Virus record (IMG/VR): IMGVR_UViG_3300032320_001447
Coordinates: 32,001-96,000 of that record
DNA from: a virus
Lineage: Duplodnaviria > Caudoviricetes
Length of the DNA stretch: 64,000 nt
Strand: one strand, 5' to 3'
In this document: in pieces, positions 47,136 through 56,814 of the stretch
How the letters are laid out: each line of letters starts with the position of its first letter
How positions within the stretch are numbered: position 1 is the stretch's first letter
Position numbers and translations under genes: made by a program
Notes under the pieces: model-generated
The model's input: the letters and a program-made list of their open reading frames with translations, nothing else
What the model was told of the DNA's origin: nothing
Databases searched by the model: none

Positions 47136-47819
47136 TTATTTCTTTTTAGATTTGCTTGCTTTTTTCCATAAACCTTTGTCTGCTTTTCTAGCTCCGCCTT
47201 TTCCAGTTACAAAAGAATTAACTCTTGCCATTGCCCACTGATGCTGTCCAACTCCAGGTCTGTGCCCAGTTTTCCAAGCAGCTAAGCCTTTATCATATAC
47301 TCCTCTTAAAACTGTTTTTGATATGCCAGTTGCTTTTGCTTTATTTGCTAATGCTTTGTCTGCGTCTCCTTCGTTGATGCTTTCGTTCTTTCCGAATCTT
47401 TTTTCGTAAGCTGAAGTGGCTGCAGATTTTTTAGTTGTGTATGGTTTCTTTTTTTCTTTGTCTGCGTAATCTGCATCCCATTTTGTGTACGCTGAAGGAT
47501 CATCATTGCTTAATTTTGCAACCCTATCGATCTCTCCTTTCATTGCAGACTTATTCTTTGTAAGATATGCCTTGTTTACCTTTCTTCCAGCTTTAGTTCT
47601 TTCTACCTCTTCTATTTCAACTCCTAATTCGTCTCTAAATTCGTTGAATTCATTATAATCCAAGCCTCTTAATTCGTTTTCTACTTCTTCTTTAGACCTT
47701 GTCTTTTGACCAGGAAATAAAGCTTTAGAAACTCTATCTGGACTCTGATCGTATAAATCTAAAATAGGTTTGATTGTCATCGAACCCATTTCTAATAGTA
47801 TGTCTTTTAATTTTATCAT
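47136..47819 (-). CDS. putative head-internal basic protein
   Basis: MIKLKDILLE start; C-terminal GLAAWKTGHRPG...QWAMARVNSF domain. Confidence 0.65.
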   Translation of the reverse strand: MIKLKDILLEMGSMTIKPILDLYDQSPDRVSKALFPGQKTRSKEEVENELRGLDYNEFNEFRDELGVEIEEVERTKAGRKVNKAYLTKNKSAMKGEIDRVAKLSNDDPSAYTKWDADYADKEKKKPYTTKKSAATSAYEKRFGKNESINEGDADKALANKAKATGISKTVLRGVYDKGLAAWKTGHRPGVGQHQWAMARVNSFVTGKGGARKADKGLWKKASKSKKK

Positions 47820-47820
47820 A

Positions 47821-48207
47821 TTACCATGCTTTACAAGACCAATAGTTTGCTTTCCATTTTGGTCCAGGGTTACTACAGCCGTGTCTTGCTCTGTAAGATT
47901 TTCTATGTTTAGGGAGATGCTTTTTGATTGCGACTCCTTTTTGACCGAAATTTACTTTAACAATATTTCCTTTATCGTTCTTAACATATACTGATCTCTT
48001 TTTAGGTCCATCAGGAGTTAAAAATGGTTTATTTAAAGTAACTTTTCTACCTTGATATTCGGCTTCTTCTAATTCCTCTTGCTCTTCCAAAGGAACGCAG
48101 TTAGGAACCATCCTATCACCTTTTTTCTTAGTACCCCTAGCGATATATCCTTTCCAACAAGATTTCTCTTGAAGTATTTCGTTTAATAATAGGCTTAATT
48201 TAATCAC
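47821..48207 (-). CDS. putative head-internal basic protein
   Basis: GTG start overlapping the upstream TAG; MIKLSLLLNE; CWKGY...VPNCVP and RARH.C...YWSC..W modules. Confidence 0.7.
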   Translation of the reverse strand: MIKLSLLLNEILQEKSCWKGYIARGTKKKGDRMVPNCVPLEEQEELEEAEYQGRKVTLNKPFLTPDGPKKRSVYVKNDKGNIVKVNFGQKGVAIKKHLPKHRKSYRARHGCSNPGPKWKANYWSCKAW

Positions 48208-48578
48208 TATCTTAAGTTTTCTAATTTATACTTAGTTGTTTCTATTAAAGCGACTATTTCGTCTACTTGATTTTGTATGTAAGAGTCTTGAGGTAATCTT
48301 TGTCTTACGGTTTCTACGTATTTAACCAAAGCTTGGAAGTATCTTAGAGGAGAATTGTCTTCTTTAACTGTAAAAGCTAAATCGTATCCTCTTATAATGC
48401 CGTTTCTTCCTTGAATTGACTCAACTAAAGCATCTACTAAATCAATTATGCCATCGTAATAAGCTGCAAGTGTTAAGTGAGCTGCATTAGAGCCTTCACC
48501 TGCTGCTTGCCAATGGTATACTTGAGATTGTTGGCGACTGTTTAGTAAAGTCGATACAAATTTTGCTACTTCTTCCAT
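48207..48578 (-). CDS. ferritin-like / Dps-like four-helix protein
   Basis: YHWQ...AH.TL..YYD.I..LVD.LVE..QG and TKYKL motifs. Confidence 0.7.
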   Translation of the reverse strand: MEEVAKFVSTLLNSRQQSQVYHWQAAGEGSNAAHLTLAAYYDGIIDLVDALVESIQGRNGIIRGYDLAFTVKEDNSPLRYFQALVKYVETVRQRLPQDSYIQNQVDEIVALIETTKYKLENLR

Positions 48579-49201
48579 TATTTTTTATCTTTTTTTGTTT
48601 CTTTTTCTTTCATTTTCTTTGATCTTTCAACTTTCTCAAGCTTAGTCATCAAATCATCGATCTTTGTAGCTATCATAGCGATCTTATCTTTGTGCTGTGA
48701 CGCATTCTTAGGATCTGCTTTAGCAAGATCAACGTGTTCTTTTCTTTTCTTCTCTAAAGCGTCTATAGCAGAAGAAATCTTGCCTGTTACGGCGCCTTTC
48801 TTCTCTTCCAAAGCTTCCATCTTAGTGCAATACTCTTCGTAAAGCGTTTCAGCGATAGCCATTGCTTGATCTTGGTCTGGAAATATTGCATGAACGTGAT
48901 CTACTTGATCTTGAGCGCCTTGTAAAGGGTCTAATGGAGCTACTAAAGAGCTTGCATTACAGCCATCGAAAGGCTTTTTAACCATATATAGAGTGTCTAT
49001 TGCTCCGTCTACGTTTTCTTTCTTAACTTTGGTAGGAAGTCCTTTGTGTTTTGTTGATGCGAAGTCTGTTGCCGCTTTTGGTTTCATGTCTTTTGCTACG
49101 TTTTGTGCTTTTTTTGACACATCTGATGGTTTAACCGTTCCTTTTTGTAATCCATGAACGATTCCCATGAATTTTTGTTGTTTTTTAGATACCGCTGGCA
49201 T
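48578..49201 (-). CDS. hypothetical protein
   Basis: MPAVSKKQQKFMG...DFASTKHKGLP N-terminal domain; coiled-coil tail. Confidence 0.7.
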   Translation of the reverse strand: MPAVSKKQQKFMGIVHGLQKGTVKPSDVSKKAQNVAKDMKPKAATDFASTKHKGLPTKVKKENVDGAIDTLYMVKKPFDGCNASSLVAPLDPLQGAQDQVDHVHAIFPDQDQAMAIAETLYEEYCTKMEALEEKKGAVTGKISSAIDALEKKRKEHVDLAKADPKNASQHKDKIAMIATKIDDLMTKLEKVERSKKMKEKETKKDKK

Positions 49202-49215
49202 TATAGAAAATTTTA

Positions 49216-49788
49216 TTAATAAATATCGGTGTTTTTCATCTCTTGTAATCTAGTCTTGATCTCTTCGTACATCTTTGTCTTGTCCCCGCCTCCCCAATTT
49301 TCTATTTCTCCAGATTCTGATACAAATGTGTCTTTTTCTTTATACCAAGATTCTACGGCCTTTTCAAAGTCAAGCAAACTAGCCAATGCATTCGCTTTAA
49401 CAATGCCTTTTTCGTATTGGTCCCATTTACCTTCCAATTTGATCTTGGCTTCCATATTAACTACGCACTCTAAACACATTTTGTGAATTGAGTACATCTT
49501 TTTGTTGGTTTCGGTGATCTTCATGTGTTTACCACAGTTAGGACAGGAGATTGGCATCACCACTAACTTTTTTATGCCATCTAATTTAGTAAGATTCTGT
49601 TTAATGCCATTCTTTATAGTCCAAGTGCGTCCCTCTTCTTCCCAAACGTCGCCTTCTGTATGATCTATATGTTTCTTTTCCCACCCCGCAAGAGTCTGCG
49701 TAGCAGCTCCTGTGTTGCCAGAGATAATGTTCCTCATTCTTTGAACATCCTTCTTGCCAAACTCTTTCTTCAAAACCGATTTTTCCAT
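49216..49788 (-). CDS. hypothetical protein with Zn-ribbon
   Basis: EGDVWEE.G.TWTIKNG; CPNCG...CLEC. Confidence 0.7.
   Translation of the reverse strand: MEKSVLKKEFGKKDVQRMRNIISGNTGAATQTLAGWEKKHIDHTEGDVWEEEGRTWTIKNGIKQNLTKLDGIKKLVVMPISCPNCGKHMKITETNKKMYSIHKMCLECVVNMEAKIKLEGKWDQYEKGIVKANALASLLDFEKAVESWYKEKDTFVSESGEIENWGGGDKTKMYEEIKTRLQEMKNTDIY
49219..49226 (-). promoter_or_regulatory. putative late promoter ATATTTAT embedded in the last codons (DIY*) of the upstream gene
   Basis: Motif 18 nt upstream of the start at 49201. Confidence 0.55.
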
Positions 49789-49789
49789 C

Positions 49790-50200
49790 TTATTTTCTTT
49801 TTATTTCTTTTAGTATGTTTCCTAGTTTTAGGCTTTCTGATTCGTATATCTCCTCTCGCTCTTTACCGAAGTCTCTCATTAAGATTCCAGCTTTTGCGTT
49901 TGCCTCGTTTTCTATATCTGATCCAGCTTTACCACTTTCAGGCTTTAATTTGCCCAATTCGTTTTGTTTGTGGTGTACTAGTTCGTGTGCTAAAGTTCTA
50001 AGTATGTCTGCCATGTTTCTGTTTCTCATGTACACAGTCACGTCTCTTTCTCCATTTCTATATCTACCAAAACTGTGCAAGTTGGTAGCCCATCTTCTAT
50101 CAAAAACAAACTTTATCTTTGGTAAGTTCTTTATATCTAAAGCATTTTCGCAATATTCTACGAAATCTTTTAATAACGCTATTTTTTCTTTAGGTGTCAT
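49790..50200 (-). CDS. zincin-like (HExxH) protein
   Basis: RTLAHELVHHKQ...ENEANA; ATG at 50200 preferred. Confidence 0.7.
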   Translation of the reverse strand: MTPKEKIALLKDFVEYCENALDIKNLPKIKFVFDRRWATNLHSFGRYRNGERDVTVYMRNRNMADILRTLAHELVHHKQNELGKLKPESGKAGSDIENEANAKAGILMRDFGKEREEIYESESLKLGNILKEIKRK

Positions 50201-50201
50201 C

Positions 50202-51899
50202 TTATTTTCCAAAAGCTGTTTGAAGACCTCTTAATATAAAAGATCCAGTTATTTTATATGGCTTATCGTATACTGCCTTATCTCTAACCACAATACCTTC
50301 TTGATCTTTAACGTCACCCAAAGGAGAGGTCAAAGAGTCAAGTATTACGTCGCCTAAATACATTGTAGCATTATATATTACGAATGAATCTATTGCTATT
50401 TGAGCATCTTTCATATCTGATACCAATTGATCCACTGGTTTTCCATCCATGATCCAGATAAATACTTGCTTGCTTAGTGCGTCAACAGTTTTTCCGTCTT
50501 TTAATTTTAGCTTAAGACCTTTAGTATTCTTAGCTTTATTCAACCAATCGTTTAAAGATTTAGTTTCTTTCTTTCCTTTTGTTAAAACTACAGTATAATT
50601 CTTAGAAAGGGCTGAGGAGAAATTAGGTTTCGTTTTTAATTTAGCAGGAATTTCTCCCATTACTTCGAAATCGTATTTTTTAGCGATTGGATTTACCTTC
50701 TTAATAAGTTCTGCCAATGCTTTTCTATCGTAGTCTGTTTCTTTGGTGACTCTTTTAGTAGGACTTACTCTTTCAAGTTCTAATATATTGTGTATAGCTA
50801 AGAAATTGCTCTCGTATTCTTGAACGTTTGATTTTCCTTCTACATATTCTATATTAAACATCTTATTAGGATCGTTTAACATTCCTAATTTTTGTAATTC
50901 TCCCTTGATAGAAGGTAAAGCCTTATTGAATATCTCTAGTACTTTACCACCGACTCTAATCATACCGTGCCCTTCACCGAATCTATCAGTAAGATCTTTT
51001 GAAGTGATGCCTTTAACGTCTAACGGCTTATTAGAACCTCTGTCCATTACGAATTGAGGCTTACCGTTTATTTTGGCCAATCTAATAGAAGCATTCACAC
51101 CGTCTATTTTTACTGGAACGGGATTCTTTGTTAGAAAATCTCCAGTTTGTTGGAATACTTTCAATAAATCTTTACCCGTCTTCACAGAAGGAATATCGAA
51201 TGGATGCGCCATGTGTCCAGCAGCTCCACCTTCTGTTAGTAAATTGTAAACTAGATATTCTAATATAAGAGATTTTTCAAAACCAATAGATTCTTTTAAC
51301 GAATTAGCCGATGAAAACTTTTTTTTCAACATGTCTGCAATTTTTGGATCGTACCATCCGAATATATCGGTAAATAATTTTTTGTATTGTTCTGGTGTGG
51401 ATTTAGAAGATAAAGCTTGTCTAATAGTAGTTCCGCTCATCTCACCAAATCCAGTAATTTTAAAAGAAGTGTGTGGAGCAACGATTAAATAGCCATGTTT
51501 CATGTAGCCTTCCATCTTCATGCCTGGTTTGTACTCCTGAAAATAAGAATCGCTTCCGTCTTTTTTCTTTCCCATCTTAAATCGAGGATCTTCTTGCATG
51601 TCCTTCTTTCCAACCATAAAAACCGCAGCTGTAGTTTCAGGGTCGAACTTTTGAGTAATCTCTTGAGCTTGATAAGGATTTTTTACTTGAACTAGACTAT
51701 TGCCCAATCCGTATTTGTCTATGATTTGCTTCTTTTCTTTGAAATTAAGAGGGCTTTTAGGTAAATTTACTACGTCTGTGGTAGCAATGAAAGTTTTTCC
51801 TTTGCCAAATTTAGATTCTAACCACTTAAATGATTCAGCGTGGTGCCTACCAAATGGTTGGAACCTTCCTGGATATATGGCGATGACAGTTTTGATCAT
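50202..51899 (-). CDS. HIGH-type nucleotidyltransferase (cytidyltransferase-like) fused to a second domain
   Basis: IYPGRFQPFGRHH and MSGTTIR motifs; the second domain begins EGGAAGHMAHPFD and contains KIDG and EGIVV. Confidence 0.75.
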   Translation of the reverse strand: MIKTVIAIYPGRFQPFGRHHAESFKWLESKFGKGKTFIATTDVVNLPKSPLNFKEKKQIIDKYGLGNSLVQVKNPYQAQEITQKFDPETTAAVFMVGKKDMQEDPRFKMGKKKDGSDSYFQEYKPGMKMEGYMKHGYLIVAPHTSFKITGFGEMSGTTIRQALSSKSTPEQYKKLFTDIFGWYDPKIADMLKKKFSSANSLKESIGFEKSLILEYLVYNLLTEGGAAGHMAHPFDIPSVKTGKDLLKVFQQTGDFLTKNPVPVKIDGVNASIRLAKINGKPQFVMDRGSNKPLDVKGITSKDLTDRFGEGHGMIRVGGKVLEIFNKALPSIKGELQKLGMLNDPNKMFNIEYVEGKSNVQEYESNFLAIHNILELERVSPTKRVTKETDYDRKALAELIKKVNPIAKKYDFEVMGEIPAKLKTKPNFSSALSKNYTVVLTKGKKETKSLNDWLNKAKNTKGLKLKLKDGKTVDALSKQVFIWIMDGKPVDQLVSDMKDAQIAIDSFVIYNATMYLGDVILDSLTSPLGDVKDQEGIVVRDKAVYDKPYKITGSFILRGLQTAFGK

Positions 51900-51903
51900 G
51901 ATA

Positions 51904-51911
51904 ATAAATAT
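51904..51911 (-). promoter_or_regulatory. putative late promoter ATATTTAT
   Basis: Motif at the boundary between replication and late genes. Confidence 0.55.
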
Positions 51912-54900
51912 CTACGCTGCTTGTTCTATCTTGGATCTACCATTCACTTTGTTTATCTCAATATGATGGTCTACCACGTCTCTCATAGAGTCAATATGGG
52001 ATATGATCATGATAAACTTAAATTGTGTCTTAAGATAATCAAATAGCATCACCATAGAGCTCAGATTAGTTTGATCAAGCGCTCCAAAGCCTTCGTCTAT
52101 TGCCATAAAGTTGGGCCTAGGAAGAGTGGATACGTTGATAAGAGAGGTTCGGATAGCCAAACTTGCAACGAACTTCTCCATGCCTGAAGTAAGTTCAAGA
52201 GGCCAAAAGTTATTTTCGTCATAAGCAATGTATGCGTTTATATTTTTATCGTCAGCGTGTAATACTACTTGGAAATCTACCAATTGAGCCAAGATATTGT
52301 TGATCTCTTCTTCTACTTGAGGAATAATGTTAGCAATCAGCTTGTGAGGAAGGCCATCTCTGTGTACTGCTTGTAAATAGTATTGATAGTCTTTGAATTT
52401 GGTCTCTAAGCCTTTTAATTTGCCTATGCCTTGCTCGTACTTTGTTTTATTATTCTCTTCAAGTTTCTTGTTAGCCGTGATGTCTGATATCTCATCGTTA
52501 ACTTGTTCTAATTCTCTATTAATAGCTTTTGACTCTTCTTTTAATTTAGCTATTTTAGCGTTAACAGTCTGATTGTGAGTAATTGCCTCTTCTTGTTGAT
52601 AATAAGAAGCTATTTTTGTCTCTATGTTACTCAATAAAGTTTGTGCGTCTTGAAGTTTTTTTGTTAACTTATTGTCTTCTGCTTCTTTTTTATTCTTTTT
52701 CGCTTCTAAATCTTGTAAATCTTTCTCATACTTGTCTTTTGCTTCTTTAATTTCTACAGCCGCTGAGCAATCTTTGATTCTTTTCTTCAAAGTTTCTACT
52801 TGCGCTTCTAATTCTTTAACCGCTTGCTCTTCTGCTTGTATGGAGTTCTTAGTTTCTATGGCGTCTTTAACAAATACGTTGTCCATACAGAATTTACAGT
52901 TAGGATCGTACTTAAGTTCCTTTAATTTCTCCATTTTCTTTAAGCTATTCTTCAAATTGGCGTTTGCGTTGCTCAATTCTAGTTGCTTATCTTGTAAAGC
53001 TTCAGTATCCAGCTTATGACTTCTTAGTTTGTGACTATAATCGTCTAAATTAATGTCTTTGATTAGCTCGTTTCCTACTTTTTTAGTGTTAAGCTCAGCT
53101 ATCTTTGATTCTATAAGAGTTATTTGATCGTTATTTTCGCTTACAGAACAAGTAACTTTAGTAATACCCGCTTCTATAGCAGATTTTTGGCCTTCTAACT
53201 CTTCAATGTCAACACTATCTTCGTCAACTTTAATCAATTCTTTAGTAGAGGTTAATATCTCTTCGCTTTTAGTATCTCTTTTGCCTTCTACTTGTGATCT
53301 TTTATCTTTAGTCTCTTCAAGTTTGATCTCAAATGTGTCTACATCGAACTCGGCCTTCTTTAATAGCTCATGATAGTCTTGTTTTTGATACTCTTTCAAA
53401 AGAACAGAGACCTCCTTCATCTCGTTATTAGCAAGATTGTACAAATCTTCGAACACATTAATGTCCAAGAATTGAGAAAGGAGGTCCTTGCGGTCCTTTT
53501 GATTCATATCGATGAAACCTGTATTGTTATTTTGCATAGATAACGCAGTAAGAACAAAGTCTTCGTACGTACCCATAACATTTTGAATGCTTTTGTTAGT
53601 GTCGTTTCTCTCTTTACCGTTCAAAGAAACTTTACTTCCGTCTTGGTCTGTATAATAGAAGTCCACATTGACTTTTACGTTGCCTAATTTTTGTTTTGAT
53701 CCCTTTCTTTCGATAGTGTACTCTAATCCATTTAATTCAAAGACTAATTTACATTTAAAAGAGTCTGAAATGCTGTTCATTACTTGCGCAGACTTCGTGG
53801 TTCTAGAACATTTGTCGAATATGCAATAAGCAATTGAATCAAGTAGCGTAGATTTACCGCTTGCATTAGGCGCAAATATACCGTAGGTTCCTGACATATT
53901 AGAAAAGTCAATAAAGTTGTCTTTACCGTAGCTAAACATGTTAGAGAATTCAAAAGTTTTAGGAATCCAAATTGAATTTCTTGGAACTTCAGACTTTGGT
54001 AATCCATCGTTAACTATTTTGTTGATCTCACAAATGTCTTTCACAGATTGGTCATCTAAATCGTACTTTTCTTTTAAGAAATCTACTAATAAAGTGTTTT
54101 GGTAATCAATATCTCTTACGTTATGTACGTTAAGCTTCTTATTTTCATTAGAAGAATTAGTAAAGTCTCGTATTTTCATCAAAGAAGTCTCTAATACATT
54201 GTGTTCTTGCTTGATTTCTGCTACTATTCTCTTAATTTCAGACTGATCAGTGTTCCTATATTTGACTCTAAGGTATAAGTTCTTAGGTAATTGTGGTAAT
54301 GGTTGATAAATTCCAGCGTCTACTTCGATTGTATAGAAAGCTGTGTCATTTTCTATCTCAACGAACTCTGCAGACTTAGTTGATAGATCCCAAACGTATA
54401 TGCCGTGTACCAAAGACTCAGCGTGGTTCTGTTGTACCAATGATCCTGGATAACCTATGGTCTTGGCTTCGTTTAAGAATTGAGTTTTGTGTATATCGCC
54501 TAATAAAACTAAGTCAAAGCCTTCAAAATCTTCTACTTTTACATCGTTGTCGAAAAGACCGAAGCCGCTTTCTGTTACAGTGCCGCTAACAGGACCGTGA
54601 TACAAACAGATATTAAAGTCTTCTCCTTCGTTAATACATTTCGGATACTCGGTGTGACTGTCAAAAACCGACCAGTGATAAAAAGTAACGTTGTTGTTAT
54701 AAATGTCTAATACTTCGGTCTTCTTAAGATAGGTTAGATTATGATGGTTCAAAGCATTAACGATAGGCGTCAACGCATCCATTCTATGGCCGTTGTTTAA
54801 GTTCGCATCGTGATTGCCAGGAATCAATAATACTCTTCCAATGTCTGCTAGACTTTTTAGGAAAGTTTGTACCTCTTCCACTAATTCAGGCGTAACGTCC

Positions 54901-55061
54901 GTCTTAGCGTGTACAATATCTCCAGTCAAACAGATTAGATCTTCTTGTGTAAAATTTTCTCTAATGTAGTCGTAAAGTTTCTCAAATACTCTTCTGTACT
55001 CGTCGTGTCTCTTAAAGTTCCTAATGTGGATATCACTTACTTGGAATATTTTTCTTATCAT
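51912..55061 (-). CDS. fused Mre11/SbcD nuclease - Rad50/SbcC ATPase (gp47-gp46 equivalent)
   Basis: SDIH, GDIVH, GNHD and GDIH motifs; Walker A NASGKST, CKFC hook, TSGME signature, IDEGFGALD, ISH. Confidence 0.92.
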   Translation of the reverse strand: MIRKIFQVSDIHIRNFKRHDEYRRVFEKLYDYIRENFTQEDLICLTGDIVHAKTDVTPELVEEVQTFLKSLADIGRVLLIPGNHDANLNNGHRMDALTPIVNALNHHNLTYLKKTEVLDIYNNNVTFYHWSVFDSHTEYPKCINEGEDFNICLYHGPVSGTVTESGFGLFDNDVKVEDFEGFDLVLLGDIHKTQFLNEAKTIGYPGSLVQQNHAESLVHGIYVWDLSTKSAEFVEIENDTAFYTIEVDAGIYQPLPQLPKNLYLRVKYRNTDQSEIKRIVAEIKQEHNVLETSLMKIRDFTNSSNENKKLNVHNVRDIDYQNTLLVDFLKEKYDLDDQSVKDICEINKIVNDGLPKSEVPRNSIWIPKTFEFSNMFSYGKDNFIDFSNMSGTYGIFAPNASGKSTLLDSIAYCIFDKCSRTTKSAQVMNSISDSFKCKLVFELNGLEYTIERKGSKQKLGNVKVNVDFYYTDQDGSKVSLNGKERNDTNKSIQNVMGTYEDFVLTALSMQNNNTGFIDMNQKDRKDLLSQFLDINVFEDLYNLANNEMKEVSVLLKEYQKQDYHELLKKAEFDVDTFEIKLEETKDKRSQVEGKRDTKSEEILTSTKELIKVDEDSVDIEELEGQKSAIEAGITKVTCSVSENNDQITLIESKIAELNTKKVGNELIKDINLDDYSHKLRSHKLDTEALQDKQLELSNANANLKNSLKKMEKLKELKYDPNCKFCMDNVFVKDAIETKNSIQAEEQAVKELEAQVETLKKRIKDCSAAVEIKEAKDKYEKDLQDLEAKKNKKEAEDNKLTKKLQDAQTLLSNIETKIASYYQQEEAITHNQTVNAKIAKLKEESKAINRELEQVNDEISDITANKKLEENNKTKYEQGIGKLKGLETKFKDYQYYLQAVHRDGLPHKLIANIIPQVEEEINNILAQLVDFQVVLHADDKNINAYIAYDENNFWPLELTSGMEKFVASLAIRTSLINVSTLPRPNFMAIDEGFGALDQTNLSSMVMLFDYLKTQFKFIMIISHIDSMRDVVDHHIEINKVNGRSKIEQAA

Positions 55062-55064
55062 GGT

Positions 55065-55991
55065 TTAACCCATCATTTTTTTGAGAATGATCTCACCGAA
55101 TGTTAACGGCTTTGCTTGTTGTAATAATTTTGTCATATTTTCGAAACCTAAATCAGATGGATCTTTGCCATCTAATTCTATTAAATAGACTTCCTTACCC
55201 AAATTTATTAGCTGTTCTGAGTAAGTCAATGCTTCCTTAAGAGCATCCTTGTCTAAAGCCAAATATACTGTTTTTACTTGACATTCTACAAGTTTCAACA
55301 TCAGTGCCTTTGGAATACTTTTTCCAAATAGAGGAACTGCATTTCTTTTTATTGCTATTGCATCGAATATTCCTTCGCATAGTATTACTGGAACTGACCA
55401 ATTTATAAAGTACTCCATACCCACAATCTCTGTCTTCTGAATAGATGGAGCGTCGTACTTTTGATATGGATCCTTTTCGAAAGATCTAGCGATGAAGTAA
55501 TTTACTTGACCGTTTCTATCGTAAGAAGGAATAATAACACGGTTTCTGTATCGACCAGTTTTACAATATCCAATGTTGTATTTTCTTACATCGGATTCGT
55601 TGATGCCTCTATTTTTTAAGTAAACAGCAGCGTGACGATACTCCAAAGATTTATCGTTTTCGGTCATTGAAATAAATTCATTAGGCAAAAATACGCGAGT
55701 AGTTTCAGTGTCGTCGATCTTTGTGCGATCGCTTTTAAAGTATCCCTTCATCTCTACCATCCGCGCTTTATCAACACCAAGTTTCTTAAATAGGGATACG
55801 GGAGTTTTGCCTTTTGTAGGTGGATGGCAGGTCCAACAGTTGTATTGACCGCTAGAAACGTTTACTACTAGCTTTGGCTTCTTGTGATTGCATATTGGGC
55901 AATGGAACACATGATCTTTCTTGTTCTTGTCGGGTTTTCCCTTTCCAAGTACCGATTCTAAAAGTCCTAATACTAACTGTTCGTTCTCCAT
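55065..55991 (-). CDS. DNA primase (Zn finger + TOPRIM)
   Basis: CPIC.H...CWTC; YLK.RGI; RVIIP; CEGIFDA; LDKD; KDPS motifs. ATG at 55991 preferred. Confidence 0.9.
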   Translation of the reverse strand: MENEQLVLGLLESVLGKGKPDKNKKDHVFHCPICNHKKPKLVVNVSSGQYNCWTCHPPTKGKTPVSLFKKLGVDKARMVEMKGYFKSDRTKIDDTETTRVFLPNEFISMTENDKSLEYRHAAVYLKNRGINESDVRKYNIGYCKTGRYRNRVIIPSYDRNGQVNYFIARSFEKDPYQKYDAPSIQKTEIVGMEYFINWSVPVILCEGIFDAIAIKRNAVPLFGKSIPKALMLKLVECQVKTVYLALDKDALKEALTYSEQLINLGKEVYLIELDGKDPSDLGFENMTKLLQQAKPLTFGEIILKKMMG

Positions 55992-56131
55992 AAATCTAAT
56001 ATACAAAAAATATGTTTAATAAAAAAATTTAATCTTTGTTGAGCGCACTTAGAACTTAAGTTTTTTATTGTCCTATAGAATAATTATTTTTAGGACCTTC
56101 TACTACAGGGGGAAAACAACAGCAGACAAAC

Positions 56132-56317
56132 ATGGACTTATCAATTATACTAAACAAAGGGGAAGATAATAGAGAATCAATAACAGAGGAGGAGATACAA
56201 GCATTGTATGTATATCTAAGTATGCAATTTGAGAATATGAATGATCAACAAAAACTTTTGTGGATAGAAACAATGAAATCATTAGACCCTGAATTTGAAG
56301 ATTATGAAAAAGATTAA
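56132..56317 (+). CDS. hypothetical acidic protein
   Basis: First ORF of the divergent plus-strand block. Confidence 0.55.
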   Translation: MDLSIILNKGEDNRESITEEEIQALYVYLSMQFENMNDQQKLLWIETMKSLDPEFEDYEKD

Positions 56318-56612
56318 ACTAGAAGTGTACCTTTTAGAAGGTTGCGATAAATGTAAAAAATTAAAGACAACTTTAGATCGTTTAAAAATCGAGTATGATG
56401 CTGTTCCTTGCGAAGACTATCCAAATATGTGTGATAATATAGAAAACGTTACTGGAGTTGATATGTACCCAATGGTTAACATGAACGGCCGACTATTATA
56501 TATAGCTGAGAACTACTCTGATATAGGTAAAATAAAAATAATATCTGAGAATGTATCCACGATGGGTATGTACTCGATAGATAATATTATAGATGCGATA
56601 CAAAAAGATTAA
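56304..56612 (+). CDS. glutaredoxin/thioredoxin-like protein
   Basis: CDKC active-site motif and cis-Pro motif YPMV. Confidence 0.8.
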   Translation: MKKIKLEVYLLEGCDKCKKLKTTLDRLKIEYDAVPCEDYPNMCDNIENVTGVDMYPMVNMNGRLLYIAENYSDIGKIKIISENVSTMGMYSIDNIIDAIQKD

Positions 56613-56621
56613 ATTAAAAAT

Positions 56622-56798
56622 ATGAGATACAAAGAATTAGTTACTAAAAAATTAAGTGAGTTGGTAAACATGATAATGTACCAAAATTCACAAATTTCCC
56701 AATTGCGTCCTCCACAAGAGTTAAAAGACACTTTAGAAAGAATGCAAGAAAAGATAAATGAGATCCAACACTTAATCAACACTGAGCACGAAGCTTAA
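56622..56798 (+). CDS. 58-aa hypothetical helical protein
   Basis: Manual translation MRYKELVTKKLSELVNM...LINTEHEA; fills the gap. Confidence 0.7.
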   Translation: MRYKELVTKKLSELVNMIMYQNSQISQLRPPQELKDTLERMQEKINEIQHLINTEHEA

Positions 56799-56814
56799 TT
56801 AAAAAATAAAAGTT

